Assembly (NCBI RefSeq): GCF_006345805.1
Contig: NC_043008.1
Span: forward strand, 16,058,001-16,122,000
Direction: 5' to 3'
Source: Octopus sinensis
Lineage: Eukaryota
DNA length: 64,000 nucleotides
Shown piece by piece: positions 38,701 through 52,200 of the stretch. Both the position numbers and the translations under genes were made by a program. Each line of letters starts with the position of its first letter. The first letter of the stretch is position 1. A model generated the notes under the pieces. The model saw only the letters and a program-made list of their open reading frames with translations, had not been told where the DNA came from and did no database searches.

Positions 38701-39595
38701 CGTGAATGCGACAGTTGTATGTACACATATATGGAAGCTGATATAGATTCCATTTCCATTTTCGTTTTACTAATTTTTGTCTCTCTTTATTTTGATCAAT
38801 CTCGTTCTTTCCCCGCTACACTTCAACTATATTCATTGATATCCTCTAAAAAAAAAACAATAATTGTATTCACCTACTAATCTGTCATCTATATAACAGG
38901 TTTCCCTTTCTTTGTTTATATACACATGCTCTTCATTTGCACGTGATCTCTGCTTTTCTGTCTTTAATTTCTCAATGTATATTTTTACTCCTCGCTGACT
39001 CATATCCCTTTGTGAATGATTAATAAATTATCAAGTGCACTATACGAATAATTTCTTACTCCTCCCTATCTGTGTTTGTGTCTCATTCCCGTTCGTTCTC
39101 AAAATCGGTTATATTGAAAAAGCCAAAGAAGAGTTGTTCCCAGAAAACCTCAACTATACGGTGCAAATGATAAGAAGGAAAACAAAACTCAATATCTATA
39201 TACTCTTTATTATTTTATTTTTACTTCTGTAACCATTTATATTTCTATAAAGAATTCCTACCTTCTCCTGTCCATTTTAATCTTTATATATATCCACGCA
39301 CTACACTTCACACAAGACAAGCATGCTAGTATATATGTGAGTGCGTGCATATGCCTCTTACAAAGAAGTGACTATTTTTCTTCATTCACAAACTCGGTCA
39401 CATGTAGCTACCTCTCTCATTCCCCCTCTCGCTCTTTCTCTTTCAGTCTATATTCTTTATATCTTTTTATATTTGACTTCCACCGATGTCTGTCATCTTT
39501 GACTTATATATTCTGTATTTTTTTTGCGTTTCAAAAGCTTTCTCTTTGTATATCCATGTATCCATTGCAAACCATACCTTGCCTATGGTAATATA

Positions 39596-39629
<34 letters not shown>

Positions 39630-39901
39630 ATATATAATATATCTTTCCACGAGTGTATGTATATGTAAGTATTTTAGAATATATATATATATATATGAAT
39701 GAATACACACACGCATACACGAACGCAAACCCACTCGCGCACGCCCACACATACACACATGCAGGTAAGTAAGCACGCACATACACACACACACACAAAC
39801 ATCTGCATGCAAGTGCGTGAGTGAATGCATTCGCTGATTTATTTTGTTCTTCATACTGGATTAAGCAAGGAAACTATATACATACATACATAGATACATA
39901 C

Positions 39902-39949
<48 letters not shown>

Positions 39950-40192
39950 ACACGCAGACACACACGCACATATATATAGGAGTGTATGTGTGTAAGATAT
40001 ATGTATGTAATTTACATATACGTATGTTTGTTGATTCATATTTGTATAAGTACACTCAAGCACACATATACACATGCATATATATATCTATGTAGATATA
40101 AATGCATATATAACATGTATGAATGTATGCTTATATATATATCTACGTGTATGTGTGTGTGTGTCCATGTATAATATATATACACACACACA

Positions 40193-40247
<55 letters not shown>

Positions 40248-41628
40248 GTATATGTATGTGTTTTGAGCGAATGAGAGAAAGAGGGGGATGAGCAAAAGTG
40301 ATTGAAAGAGATACAGAGGAGGATATGATTTGAAATACGCTGTGAATATATATGTTAAATGTAATATAGATATTATCTCATCAAACCAAGTATGTTGCTG
40401 GCACAAAATACGCCTATAAAGTATATATCAATGAGGAGAGGGGCTGATTGTAAAGACATTGATATATTCAGCTTCGTATAGAAATAGCATGTATAGCAAA
40501 CTGTTCCAATCGATAAGAAAGGCCGAGTTTTGCTCATTTCTTAATGATCCACCAATACAAATTACGAAATCAGCTGGCTGTCAGGCATTTATTTCCTCTT
40601 GCAAATTATAGTGTTTGCAATTAGTAAAGCTGAAAATGCGAGGCAGAAACAAGGAAAATAAAACAAAAGAAAAACTTATATCTAATATATGCTTTACGTC
40701 CATTTAAATCTTTTGCTGTTTTATTTCGTTTACTTAGCGTTTCTCTTAGTTGTTTTCAATCTAACAACGTATGTGTTATTATAAGTGTGGCTGAGTGTGT
40801 GTGTGTGTATGTGTATCGCGTGAAATTTGTGTTTAAATAGGAGTGTGTGAGGGAATGTACTTTAGTGTATGTGTATGCAATGATTGCAAATAAATATTGT
40901 TTTATATGTTTAGACACACAAAGACATCACACGTAAACACAACACTCATAAATACAATAATGAACTTACATAAACAAATAGAGACTCAGACACACGCACA
41001 CAAAGTTATATATCTCTGTCTCTGCTTCTATATTTGTATTTGTGTGCCCACTCCAAATGATAAGCTTGTACCACTCCTAGTATTGGTGTTTTGGATTTGT
41101 GCCTGTATGATTGTTTTGAGTGTTTTCACACTTTTGTTTGACTGATGTGTGCATTAATTTCTTTGAAATCAATATGGCATTATTTTAATTTGCGTTCTGT
41201 TTTTAACGTTTCACAAATTTGTTGATTTGGTTAGTTTGTTGAAGGGATAAAATAAAGTCTATAATTCTTATATCTAAAACAATATTGAAACCGAGGAGAA
41301 CGACGCAAACATAGAATTAGAGTAAAGCTTATTCTATCAATTATTTCTCTTACAAAAATGAACGTAGATAGTGTGACGAACTAACATATGCAACACGAAA
41401 CATCTTATGTGTGTCAAAACAATCGAACGTTATTTGAAGAATATAATCGCATTTGTTTGTAACTGATGTATGAGAAATAAAATGGCGGACATTTGAGAAA
41501 ACGTTACGGATAGTAATATACGTGAAAGTAAAAATTGTTGCGTAAGCAATATTTCCCCCAAATTTTAAGATTGCATAAATAGACATGCAATTGAAACCAC
41601 CCAGAGAAACGAGAGATAAAAAAGAATG

Positions 41629-41678
<50 letters not shown>

Positions 41679-42487
41679 TATTCAGGAAGCTTTTAAAAAT
41701 CGGTTGGAATAAATTTTTTCATAGCTTGTTAATAGAGAAGACATGACTATGTTTTAGAGTTCACTGCTCTTGCGTGGTAAGAGACATCTACTCCAGCCCC
41801 GGACTGATCAATGCTTTATGAGTAAATTAATATATATATATATATACACACACATATGTGTGTGTGTTTTGTGTTTTGGTTGTATTTGCCCCCCCCCCCC
41901 CGGCCGCTTAACAGCGAGCATTAGTTTGTTGATACCCTCATAACTTACAGGAACAGGAAAGAACTAATTTTTACTGCAGTAAAATGTAACTTCACTCTAT
42001 AATAATGCACTTATTATTTGTCTGCCATTTCTATATAAACTCAATATAGCTTCGTTTATTCAGAGCCATTTTCTTACATTGCTGTTATTCAGCTTCAGGT
42101 GAGATTTCATTTGATAGATTAGTAGATATGTGATGGAATACATTCACTGATATTTCAAAAAGTGTAGCAACCGCTGAGAAGCCCAGCCATTCACTCGATG
42201 TAGACAAAAGTGATGTACATTTGAATAGGATATTTAATCTTCACAATTTCATTTCCCCTACTTGACTATTACAAGAAACCTTATTGGAGAAATCGGTCAA
42301 CGTTTGAATGGAAAGCAACAGTGTAACACGAGACATTCTTAATATCGTCATATGTTTGATTGTTTGAGAGGAATATTCTATGATTTAGACGTCTACTGCA
42401 TTTATCGTCTGAGAACAAACGTATCGCGTGATTTGTACGTATGAATATGGCTAATTCCTTGAAATAAAATTCCTTTTAACTCCTATC

Positions 42488-42655
42488 CTTTAATTCTTTC
42501 GGTCATTAAACTGCGGCCAGGCTGGAGTATCACTTTGAAGAAATTTTAGTCAAAACAATCGACACCAATACCTATTTTTTGCTAAGCTGAGTACTTATTC
42601 TAGACGTAACATTTGCCGAACCGCTAAGTTAAAGGGACGTAAACTCATCAAAACC
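42488..42655 (-). mobile_element. family-C SINE 3' fragment
   Basis: Reverse complement of TTTACGTCCCTTTAACTTAGCGGTTCGGC...AGAATAAGTACT...CTCCAGCCTGGCCGCAG. Confidence 0.75.
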
Positions 42656-43101
42656 ATTTGTCAAGCTGTCCTGTGTGACAAACACATAAACTAACACAAA
42701 CATACAGACAGACGCACACATACAGTATATATATATATATATATATATACCTTCGAAAGACGCATTGAGTCGAACCAGGGAATATTCCTTGTATTGTTTG
42801 CCTTGTACTCTGTTTTTTCGTTGTTAAAAAAAGTCCGTTTCCTAGTTTGTTTTTATGTTTTCGTTTCTCGTTGTGCTCTACGTTTATTTGCGGTGTCCTG
42901 TACTCATTTATATATATATATATATATATAATATATATATATATATGCATGTATATATACATATAGATGTAGGTAGGTACATATATGTATGTATGTATGC
43001 ATATATTTTATTTATTAAATTATTATATGACTGAGCGCCCTCGCGTCGTTTCGTTTCTTTTCTCCAAGTAAGTTTATATATATATATATATTATATATAT
43101 A

Positions 43102-43147
<46 letters not shown>

Positions 43148-43797
43148 CTGTTTCCAGGGTATATTGTATTACAAGGTCAGTTTTAAGTGAATGCCTGAAT
43201 TCCATTTTTATGTTTAGGCAATTTCTTCGTCTCACTCTCATTCTTTATTACTTTCCTTTCTTCACATGAATTAACACATTTTCCATTGCTTCTATTCCAT
43301 TAAAAAAAACAAAAACAAATATCTCCATAGATTTTTTTTAACGTTTCATTTTCATTTCGACAATTACACTCAATCAACAAGTGTAATTTTAGTCTAGTAT
43401 ACCACATTGGGTCGAGAGAAATAAAGTGTTTGTCCTTTGGCGCATATATTACTCAGGGGAATTATCAGTTCTTTATCCATAAAAACAGGATTTTACCATT
43501 ATGAAAAATCTTTATATTTATTTATTTCATAGGAATTGAAATCTGCATAAGGACAGTTGAAATTTATCGATAATCGAAATTATTGATAATCGACTCTGAT
43601 TGATGTGCAAATTATAACGTCACTAAGAATTTTAAAATTATATATTTATATAGGCGAGAGCATTGTTCTGCAGTTCAGAAAATCTTTTACGCTACCTGTT
43701 TTCAGGTGTTGTATAAACAGCTTTAGGTTTACACACACACACACACACACACACTCACACACACTCACACAGTCACACATACACACACACACACACA

Positions 43798-43841
<44 letters not shown>

Positions 43842-44338
43842 CATCAGTGGTATTGTTTACACCAAGTATTTTGTAATAATCAACAGCCATTTTAGGAGAT
43901 ATCTGCTGAAAACAAACAAGCAATCTCGCAGGAAAAGTAAAAGGTTACAAAAGAAAAAGAAAAAGAAAAAGAGAAGCACACACGCAAAGATATGGTTAAA
44001 CTGAAGAAGAAGAAGAATTAGTGAGTGCCACTTGAGTTGTCTTAATGTTGCTTGGCCAGTTTCTCCGTCGTCCTTATACTGACCTAAATGTCTGACATAT
44101 TAAGAGCCCATGGAGCGTCCTCGCTCGAATTGCTTTGCTGCGCCTTTGTTTTGTTTTGTTCTGACAACGTAATTCCTGGTTTTTCCTGAAGAGAAAGCTG
44201 CAATATGGTATCCTTATTTAATCAGAATTTGGAAAATTGTGGCCTTTGAAACATGTGTAGAATGTAATAAAAGGAATTCTGTACAATCTTCGTTCAACTC
44301 CATTTCTTCCATTCACTAATTATATATATATATATATT

Positions 44339-44825
44339 AGTCAATTTAGGGTAGCAAAAAATTCAATAGAAATTTATCGCTACCAGCGGCCTAGTGGAAA
44401 AGAGAAAATAGTCAAAGACTAAATATATAAATATAACAATTTAGGAGTGACCTTAACAGGCCATTCGTCCACCAGAAAGAGCAGCCATAACTCACACCGC
44501 CAAGTAGTAGTAATTCAGAAATTAGGTGAAAATTTAAAAACATTTACCCTAATTCATCTTTTATACAGACGCCTCGTGTATATTTGTCGCTCCCAGGTTT
44601 TTTACTGATGAAGTGTGACCTATGGTAGATTAGTTTAATTTAATTTAATTAAGCTAATTTAATCATTAATAACACAGAAACGATGCATCGTCTAAAAGAT
44701 GAATTAGGGTAAATGTTTTTAAATTTTCACCTAATTTCTGAATTACTACTACTTGGCGGTGTGAGTTATGGCTGCTCTTTCTGGTGGACGAATGGCCTGT
44801 TAAGGTCACTCCTAAATTGTTATAT
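44339..44825. mobile_element. young Penelope-like/retrozyme-like foldback insertion between two (TA)n tracts
   Basis: 44431-44563 and 44693-44825 are exact reverse complements (133/133 checked base by base). The spacer contains a hammerhead. (TA)n at about 44322-44338 and from 44821. Confidence 0.8.
44597..44700 (+). ncRNA. type I hammerhead ribozyme motif (predicted cleavage after C44692)
   Basis: CTGATGA 44605-44611, GAAAC 44677-44681, GTC 44690-44692. Stem I GTTTTTTA/TAAAAGAT (8 bp incl. 2 G-U). Stem II GTGT/ACAC with an A-A at the 10.1/11.1 position. Stem III ACGA-TGCA-TCGT (12-nt palindrome). Confidence 0.75.
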
Positions 44826-44832
44826 ATATATA

Positions 44833-44870
<38 letters not shown>

Positions 44871-45214
44871 CATATATATATGTACACATATATCTGTATT
44901 TGTGTCATAGTGTTGGTGTATGCGTGTTTGTGCATTTTGGGGGTCTCTCTCACCGTCTGAAAACCTGTACTGACAGGAATATTAAAGGGGAGCGACGATC
45001 CGAGAAAAAAACATGCTCTGGGTTATATTTGATCAAATATATCTATGGATGTGAAGCTCGATTACGGAAAAAAGTAATTAATGGAATTGTAGTTATCGAC
45101 TTCTGCATTACACTTATTGCATTGGCATACGCGTACACACGCACACATATATACACGCGTACAGACTGACATATCTGCGCCTCAGTGGGTGTGTATGTGT
45201 GTGTATATATGTGT

Positions 45215-45441
<227 letters not shown>

Positions 45442-47280
45442 TAGCACACACGCCCAACATCCGTTGGACTGTGTAGGTTCGTGATTGGACACGAGTCTAA
45501 AATACTGTAATTCCGCTTCTGTCATTGCTTCTATCGATGATGCCCTGGTGACTCTGGTAAAGTCACCATTGTGAGCACGCCGAAGCTCAATGGCGTTCTT
45601 CTGTTTCACTACCCGCAAGGATCCGAAACCGGAATTTTTTTTTTTTATTTGTTTGTTTTTCTGCCAATCTGACTCTTGCTTTTTCAAGGCATTCTATCGA
45701 AAACCTGTCATTGAATGAATCTTTAAAAAAATTGATTAAATTTATTTCGTTACTCTTTCAACATAAAATTTTCCCACAAGCGTATAGCACACAATTATTT
45801 GCAATGATATTGTGAGAAACCAAATGGCACGTCGATGTGGACAGTTGTGAATGAGCATTCACATCCAAAAGCACATCTATATGTGGACCGAACGTATTTC
45901 GAGGAAATCGATATTCTATCGAACGAAAATGCAATTGTGATAAAATGTAAACGATCGATACAATCACCAGTACACTGACAGGTAGCAGAAGGTAAGAAAT
46001 ATCACACTTAAGCGCGAAATATTAAAATAATGTGCAAATGGAAACTATCTCTAGGACGTCTCTGAAAATAAAAGACAGACAAAACCGGGTTTCTTTTGGG
46101 AAAAAAAAAGATGTTAGCATCAAATTTACCCGATATTAATTTGGGAGTAGTGGAACTCCTTTATAAAGTTATTTAAGTCCAGAAAGTAAAGGGTATTTCT
46201 AAGAAATATCTCACGTAAGTTCGACACTTAAAAAAAAAATGAATGTGCAAATCGAAACGGTTTCTCTGAAACTGAAAGTCAGCCAAAATTTATTTGGAAG
46301 TGGTGAAAATTCCTTATAAATAAAGTTATTTAAATCCACGTAACCGGAAAGCGTCAAGTGGGACATAGGGTTCGGCAATATGCGATGTTGACCGATAAAC
46401 TAGCAAACCTTGTGGATGAATAAGCTAACAGAACTAACTAAATAGTGATTTTTTAAAGAATGTAACCGACGAATTTGATCTGTAACATTCGTAAAAGTAA
46501 TAGGAAGAATTTGCTAAAATATCGTTTAACTGAGCTTAGTGAGACAAAATAACTCATAATTTAAAATGTTGATACTTATATTCCTTTTTCATGAAATGGA
46601 ATTAAAGAATAGCCAATGTACGTGTCAAATTAAGTGAGCTACGCCAAGTCGAAAAATACCGCTCATTTTATTGTTTTATACAAGAAACTGTTAGCTAAAT
46701 TTTTAGATATTTGTCACCAAATGTCCACGTTCTATTACCAATCAATGTGTCGTTTCTACTGTCAATTGAATTTTGTTGTGAGAAGATATTCTCACAGTTG
46801 ATTGACCTTTAATTAGTGTAATTTATTTGTTAAAGTTCATATTTTATTTCAATTTACTTATTCAAAATAATTGCCTTATCATCTTACTCCTTTGTGTCAG
46901 CTTATTTATTAACACAGAATGACATGCCCGGGTGCACATGTTCGAGTACAGTTCATTCTAGAATGATATCGATTTTTAATCCAATCACATATTCATGTGT
47001 TCTTTCATTAAATTGCTTAGAAAGCTTAATGTAATTAATTCTCTGATGGTGATTGAATGAACACAGCGGCTGTTCGTATGTGATTTGCGGAATGATAACC
47101 AATAAGGACTATTGAAATCGGATTTTCCATCAAGATTTTGATTAAAAAAGCGCAAATCTCACTTTGGAATTAACGATTATGTTATGAAATTTGTCATATA
47201 CATACAGATATATATGGCTTTTAGACTTGTTTTGCAGCATTCCTGATTGGAAATTGTAGACAGAATTAACTAAACAGAAC

Positions 47281-47400
47281 AGGAGGAGACAAACGAGATA
47301 GAGAGTCGCTGAAGAGGTCACGGGATGTGTGACGAAAGGTTTAGAGATAATGATGTAATATCAGAATAATAATAGATTTGAAGGGAATAATGTTTGTTTA
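47281..47400 (+). mobile_element. H1 repeat copy with hammerhead-like core
   Basis: CTGAAGA 47309-47315, GTCAC/GTGAC stem II (47317-47321/47329-47333), GAAA 47334-47337. 5' flank GAGGAGACAAACGAGATAGAGAGTCG matches the minus-strand copy at 20881-20920. Confidence 0.6.
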
Positions 47401-47454
47401 TTTTTGGGAAAAAAATTACGATTCCGAAATATAAAAATCTACCTATCTGTCTAA

Positions 47455-47625
47455 ATATCTGTTTATATATCTATCTATCTATATATCTATCTATCTATAT
47501 ATATATATATATCTATCTATCTATCTATATATCTATCTATCTGCCAATCTACCTATCTATCTATTTATCTATCTACGCATGTATGTATCTATCTATCTGT
47601 CTATCTACCTACCTATGTATATATA
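47455..47625. repeat. (TCTA)n-rich microsatellite
   Basis: Directly visible. Confidence 0.9.
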
Positions 47626-48570
47626 TATATGTATCTTTATATTTGTCTCGCAGTCCGTCTGTGTGTTTGTCTGTGTATCTGTCTGTTTATATATCTATTT
47701 ATATGTGTTCCCTTTCGATGTTCTGCATTCTGAATTTTATATCACATTCCAACAAACCGAGACTAGACATCCATAATGTTTCTGACTAACGCAACTCCGA
47801 GTCTTAACTTGAAGAAATACGTATTTGTTAGAGGTAAAGTAATTTCTTATTGTTAAATGTATAACAATATCTGTTGATCAATTTCCTGTCATTCAAATGT
47901 CAGGAGAATAAAACACAGCAATGGTTGCCTAACCTACGAAAGTCGACGAATTCTAAAATCACATCAGGAGCGTGTTTCGAATAGTCGGGATATGCAATGC
48001 TGTATATCTAACATATTGGCCCTTAAATAGTTGAAATTCATGGTAAGAAATAAATAAGAAAAGGTGTGTCTCCTTAACTATCGATCGGTGCAATAATTAG
48101 GATAGAGCTGTAATCATTGAATATCGTACATAGCGCTAAGCGTAGAAAGCTGCATCTCTCTACAGCGTTGATAATTAACTAGTATATGTTGCATCAACAT
48201 CATGTAGGTTCAATTAGTTATAATTATAGTTCTTATCACAACCATCTCAAGTAAGTCCTGAATAATTAACACTCCATCTGGTATCTCTGTCATCGACTTC
48301 AATTTGACTTCGTTTAATTTTAAATGGAAGTGATCTGAGACAAATGATAGTTATGTTTTGTCAGCAATAATCTTGTTTTCTAGCGAGGAAATTGATAACG
48401 GACGAGAAAATTACTCGTGGAGCCTATATCGGCAAAACTATTTCAATTCACGTAGGTAACACTGCATGTTTATTTTATGATATCTAGCTACAAATGGTAT
48501 ATAAATAATAATAATGAAAGGTATATGTATATGCAACAAAGGAAAAGAAAGTGCTAGTCTTACTTATATA

Positions 48571-48599
48571 CTACTACTACTACTACTACTACTACTACC

Positions 48600-48655
<56 letters not shown>

Positions 48656-48815
48656 GTAGAAGAAATAGAAGAAAAAGCAGGAGGAGGAGGAGAAGAAGAA
48701 GAAGAAGAAGAAGAAGAAGAGAAGAAGAAGAAGAGAAGAAGAAGAAAGAAGAAGAAGAAGAAGAAGAAGAAGAAGAAGAAGAAGAAGAAGAAGAAGAAGA
48801 AGAAGAAGAAGAAGG
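48571..48815. repeat. compound (CTA)n-(AAT)n-(GAG)n-(GAA)n microsatellite
   Basis: Directly visible. Confidence 0.95.
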
Positions 48816-48818
48816 GGA

Positions 48819-49225
48819 AGCCGTGATGCAGTACCAGGCAGTGGCCTTCATGGCTTCTCTTCTTAACTGATTGGAAGTGTATTCTGCTCAATACCATCAG
48901 ATTTGCTTGTCAGTTGTTTGACCTTTACCAGTTGAGCATGTCCCTTAATCGCTGACGATATGTAAATCTGGGATCAGGAACAGGAGTAGTGGAGAAGCAT
49001 CAAAGCCATGTGATGAGGAGTATTCTTTGCGATTTGAATAATTCCCCTCTGTAAACATGGGTGTTTCGTTCAAAATCCTTAAAGAAGACTTATTCAAGGA
49101 TGTTTTCAGCGGGATGGGCTACTCAACCTGAATTCTAACTGGGTCCCACCCGCAAGGGCATACACTATTTATCTTGATATGAGGTCATCATGTCGCGCAG
49201 GCAAGGTCACCAATTCACGTATATA
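48819..49225 (+). mobile_element. unclassified non-coding interspersed repeat 'U1'
   Basis: GATGCAGTACCAGGCAGTGGC...TGTCAGTTGTTTGAC...TTATCTTGATATGAG...ATGTCGCGCA aligns with the reverse complement of 55931-56405. Confidence 0.8.
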
Positions 49226-52200
49226 TCAGATACGCTAGCATATCTTGGATACGTACGTACAATATAGATACAATTGTGTTTGTGTGAGTGTTCGTGTGTG
49301 TGTGTGTACCTATACAATAATGCGTTTCATCTTTGTAGACTTATTATTACTTGAGTGGTTGCCAAACTTTTTCTCGTGTTTGTTCATAAGAAGAGTGAGA
49401 GAAATAGAGATTTGAGAGAGGGATGATAGAATGAGAATGAGTGAGGAAAAAAATTGAGATTCAGAGAGAAAATATTTTGAAATGCCAACAAATTTACTGG
49501 GTGTAGGACAGTGTGAAATTTTTTAAGCACGTCTTATATAAATGAAGCTATATTTGAAGAAAACAATTGAGTATTATCAAATCTAGGGAATCACATATAG
49601 AAATGATTAAAGGTATTAAGTAAAATGGCACAGCACACACAAAGACAGTTCCATAGTCATTGTGTTATCAAGCGCAAATTATAATGCATCTGTATTTACC
49701 TACAAATATTGTTAGATATAACAATTATTGTTACATTTAACTGCAGACGTAGTCTGAAATTATATGTCGATGACCGATTCAAATCTGAGCTCTCTACTTG
49801 GAAAACATTGGAGATAAAATACCGTATTGTCCATTATCACAAATATGCTGATATGTGAGGCAAATCTTCTGTACTTTGAAATAAATTGATACATGTTGAG
49901 AAACCTAATTTCCTACAAACCTCATCCAACCGTGAAGCATATATCCACTTTAAGCAATGAGTTATCCAAAACGATATGGGTTAGAAGATTTAAGCGCTTT
50001 TGAGCATAGATTTGTGGAGCCGGTACTGAAGTGTAGTTTAAAAAATGGTGTTTTCGTTGTAATAAGAGGGGCATATGCTTGCTGCTTTGACGAAGAGGAG
50101 ATAAAGAAAAATATCTAAAGAAATCTTCACAACCGTCAAGTTAAAATAAATATGACTGCATCCAAGGCATCATAAGTAAATGCGATGTTGCAAAATTGGA
50201 CTTACTACAATTCTTGTTATAATGTGTTTTTCTTTGGGTTTTTTTACTTCCTTCCGCCATTGAACTGCCTTGATGCAACTATATTAGAACAAAGACATGA
50301 TAGTTTTAGTCAAACAAATGGGAGCCAGTAAGCATTTTTAAAAAGGGATACGTATTCTAATAATTCTTTTGCCGAATCGTTACGATATCAAATGTATGAA
50401 ATGGAAAACTGAGCCCAAGACGCAACAAGAGTCAAATATTCAAATAAATGAGATATGAATATCTCTCCAATTCACTGGATGTATTAAATTAAAGATCGCT
50501 ACTCACCAATATGATTTCAAAGCGATTATATCTAAGATCATTTACACTGTAATTAAAGATAATTTAACACGAAGGAAGTGGTAACTTAGCATTGGGTATC
50601 ACGTATGCATTTAAATAGCAACTTCATTTGTATATGTGTGTGACTGTTGAGAGAGAAAATTGAATTTTTGCGTGTAATTGAGAGGACATCTGTAAATATG
50701 TGTATACATGTATGTGTAAGTATCAGAATATATTTATTCTTGAATACCATAGGCATGTTAATATAAGTTTAGGAAAATTCAATTTTCTCTTAATATTCGT
50801 ATCTGGAGCAAATTCGTCTACATTCGACTTGGGAATAACGAAGTACATATTTGGAAGTCAACGGAAATAAACAGCAGCAGGCATATAATTGCGAAAGGAT
50901 GATTTATAATTTTAATAACATCGCTGTTGGATAAAATTGCAATTGTTTCTATCATAAAATAAATGTGAAACAGATACAGGAAAATAAAATGTAAACAATA
51001 CGCTTGGATGTAAGATAAAATCACATAAGCAGGGACCAAACAAATGATTTAAAATATTATATGATATCCAAATATCAACAAAGAATTTCTAAATAGCGGA
51101 AAACTCCATTATTATCAATTTAAATCCCTGCTAGCTTCCGAAATACGTTATAATACACTATGTAATTAGAGGAATTAATTTAAACTAGGGAATAAGATAA
51201 ATAATACAATAGTATTCTTGAAATTATCAATGCATCAGATTACGTATCATAGGTATGTTTCATGATATCATTGTTTTATGTGTGCATTAAAATCACATCT
51301 AATCACGAGACTTCGCATCTTGTTGAAGTAATTTCAAGAGAATTGATAATTTTTGCAATTAACTCGGGAGATTTAAATGAAGTTATTACACAAACTCTAT
51401 CAAATCTGTTTTGCATCAGCCAGGCCTTTTAAAGGAATTATAAATGTATGAATCCCTATTTTTTAAAATTTGTGGCTGTGCATCTGTAAATAAAGCAAAC
51501 AATAAAATACGGAAAATAGCTAAATAAAAAGGTGTTTCACACAGTAAGATTTACAAACACACACACACACACTCATAAAAGTGTACAGGATACAAAATAT
51601 AGAGCGTAAATATTTTGACATCGAGTTCAAATTCAAAGTATGTTATAACTCAGAGTTTCCAGTAAACTTTTGGTCACATAATCAGAACACTAACATAATA
51701 AATTTTCACCAGTTTTATTTACACGAGACCTTTAGTAATATCAAGTAGCTGTCGCAATACTTTAGTAGCCACGCGCATATACGTAGGTCTATGTGAGTAC
51801 AACATATGTATGTACGAGTATATGTCATTCAGTTTATTTCAAGATACCAAAAGAGAAACAAGCGGTTGTATATATGTACGTATGTATGCTTATATGTATG
51901 CATGCATATACGCAGGTTTCTTAGCATTTTGCCCCTTTAACCGGTAATTATTATCATGATTCAAAGTCTCTTTTTTATCGACAGTTACTTATATCCAAAA
52001 GACTAATCCTATTGTCTTATTTCCTCCCTGGAGAAAAGGGATGCATATGATAACATTTATGACATTACCTAGCCATGTCCTTTATTCAAAATAGACAGTC
52101 TTCTAGTCTTAGATTTAGTAGTTGATAAAGGGATAAATGAATTAGAAATGAATTACAATCCCTTAAAACCATAGGCCCCCACTCTAGGCTATCTTAGAAT

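Noticed and set aside
45522-45601. Canonical SECIS element
   Set aside because: The AUGA/GA quartet is present, but the unpaired AA lies 17 nt after the quartet on the 3' side of the loop instead of ~11-12 nt, and no selenoprotein ORF is visible.
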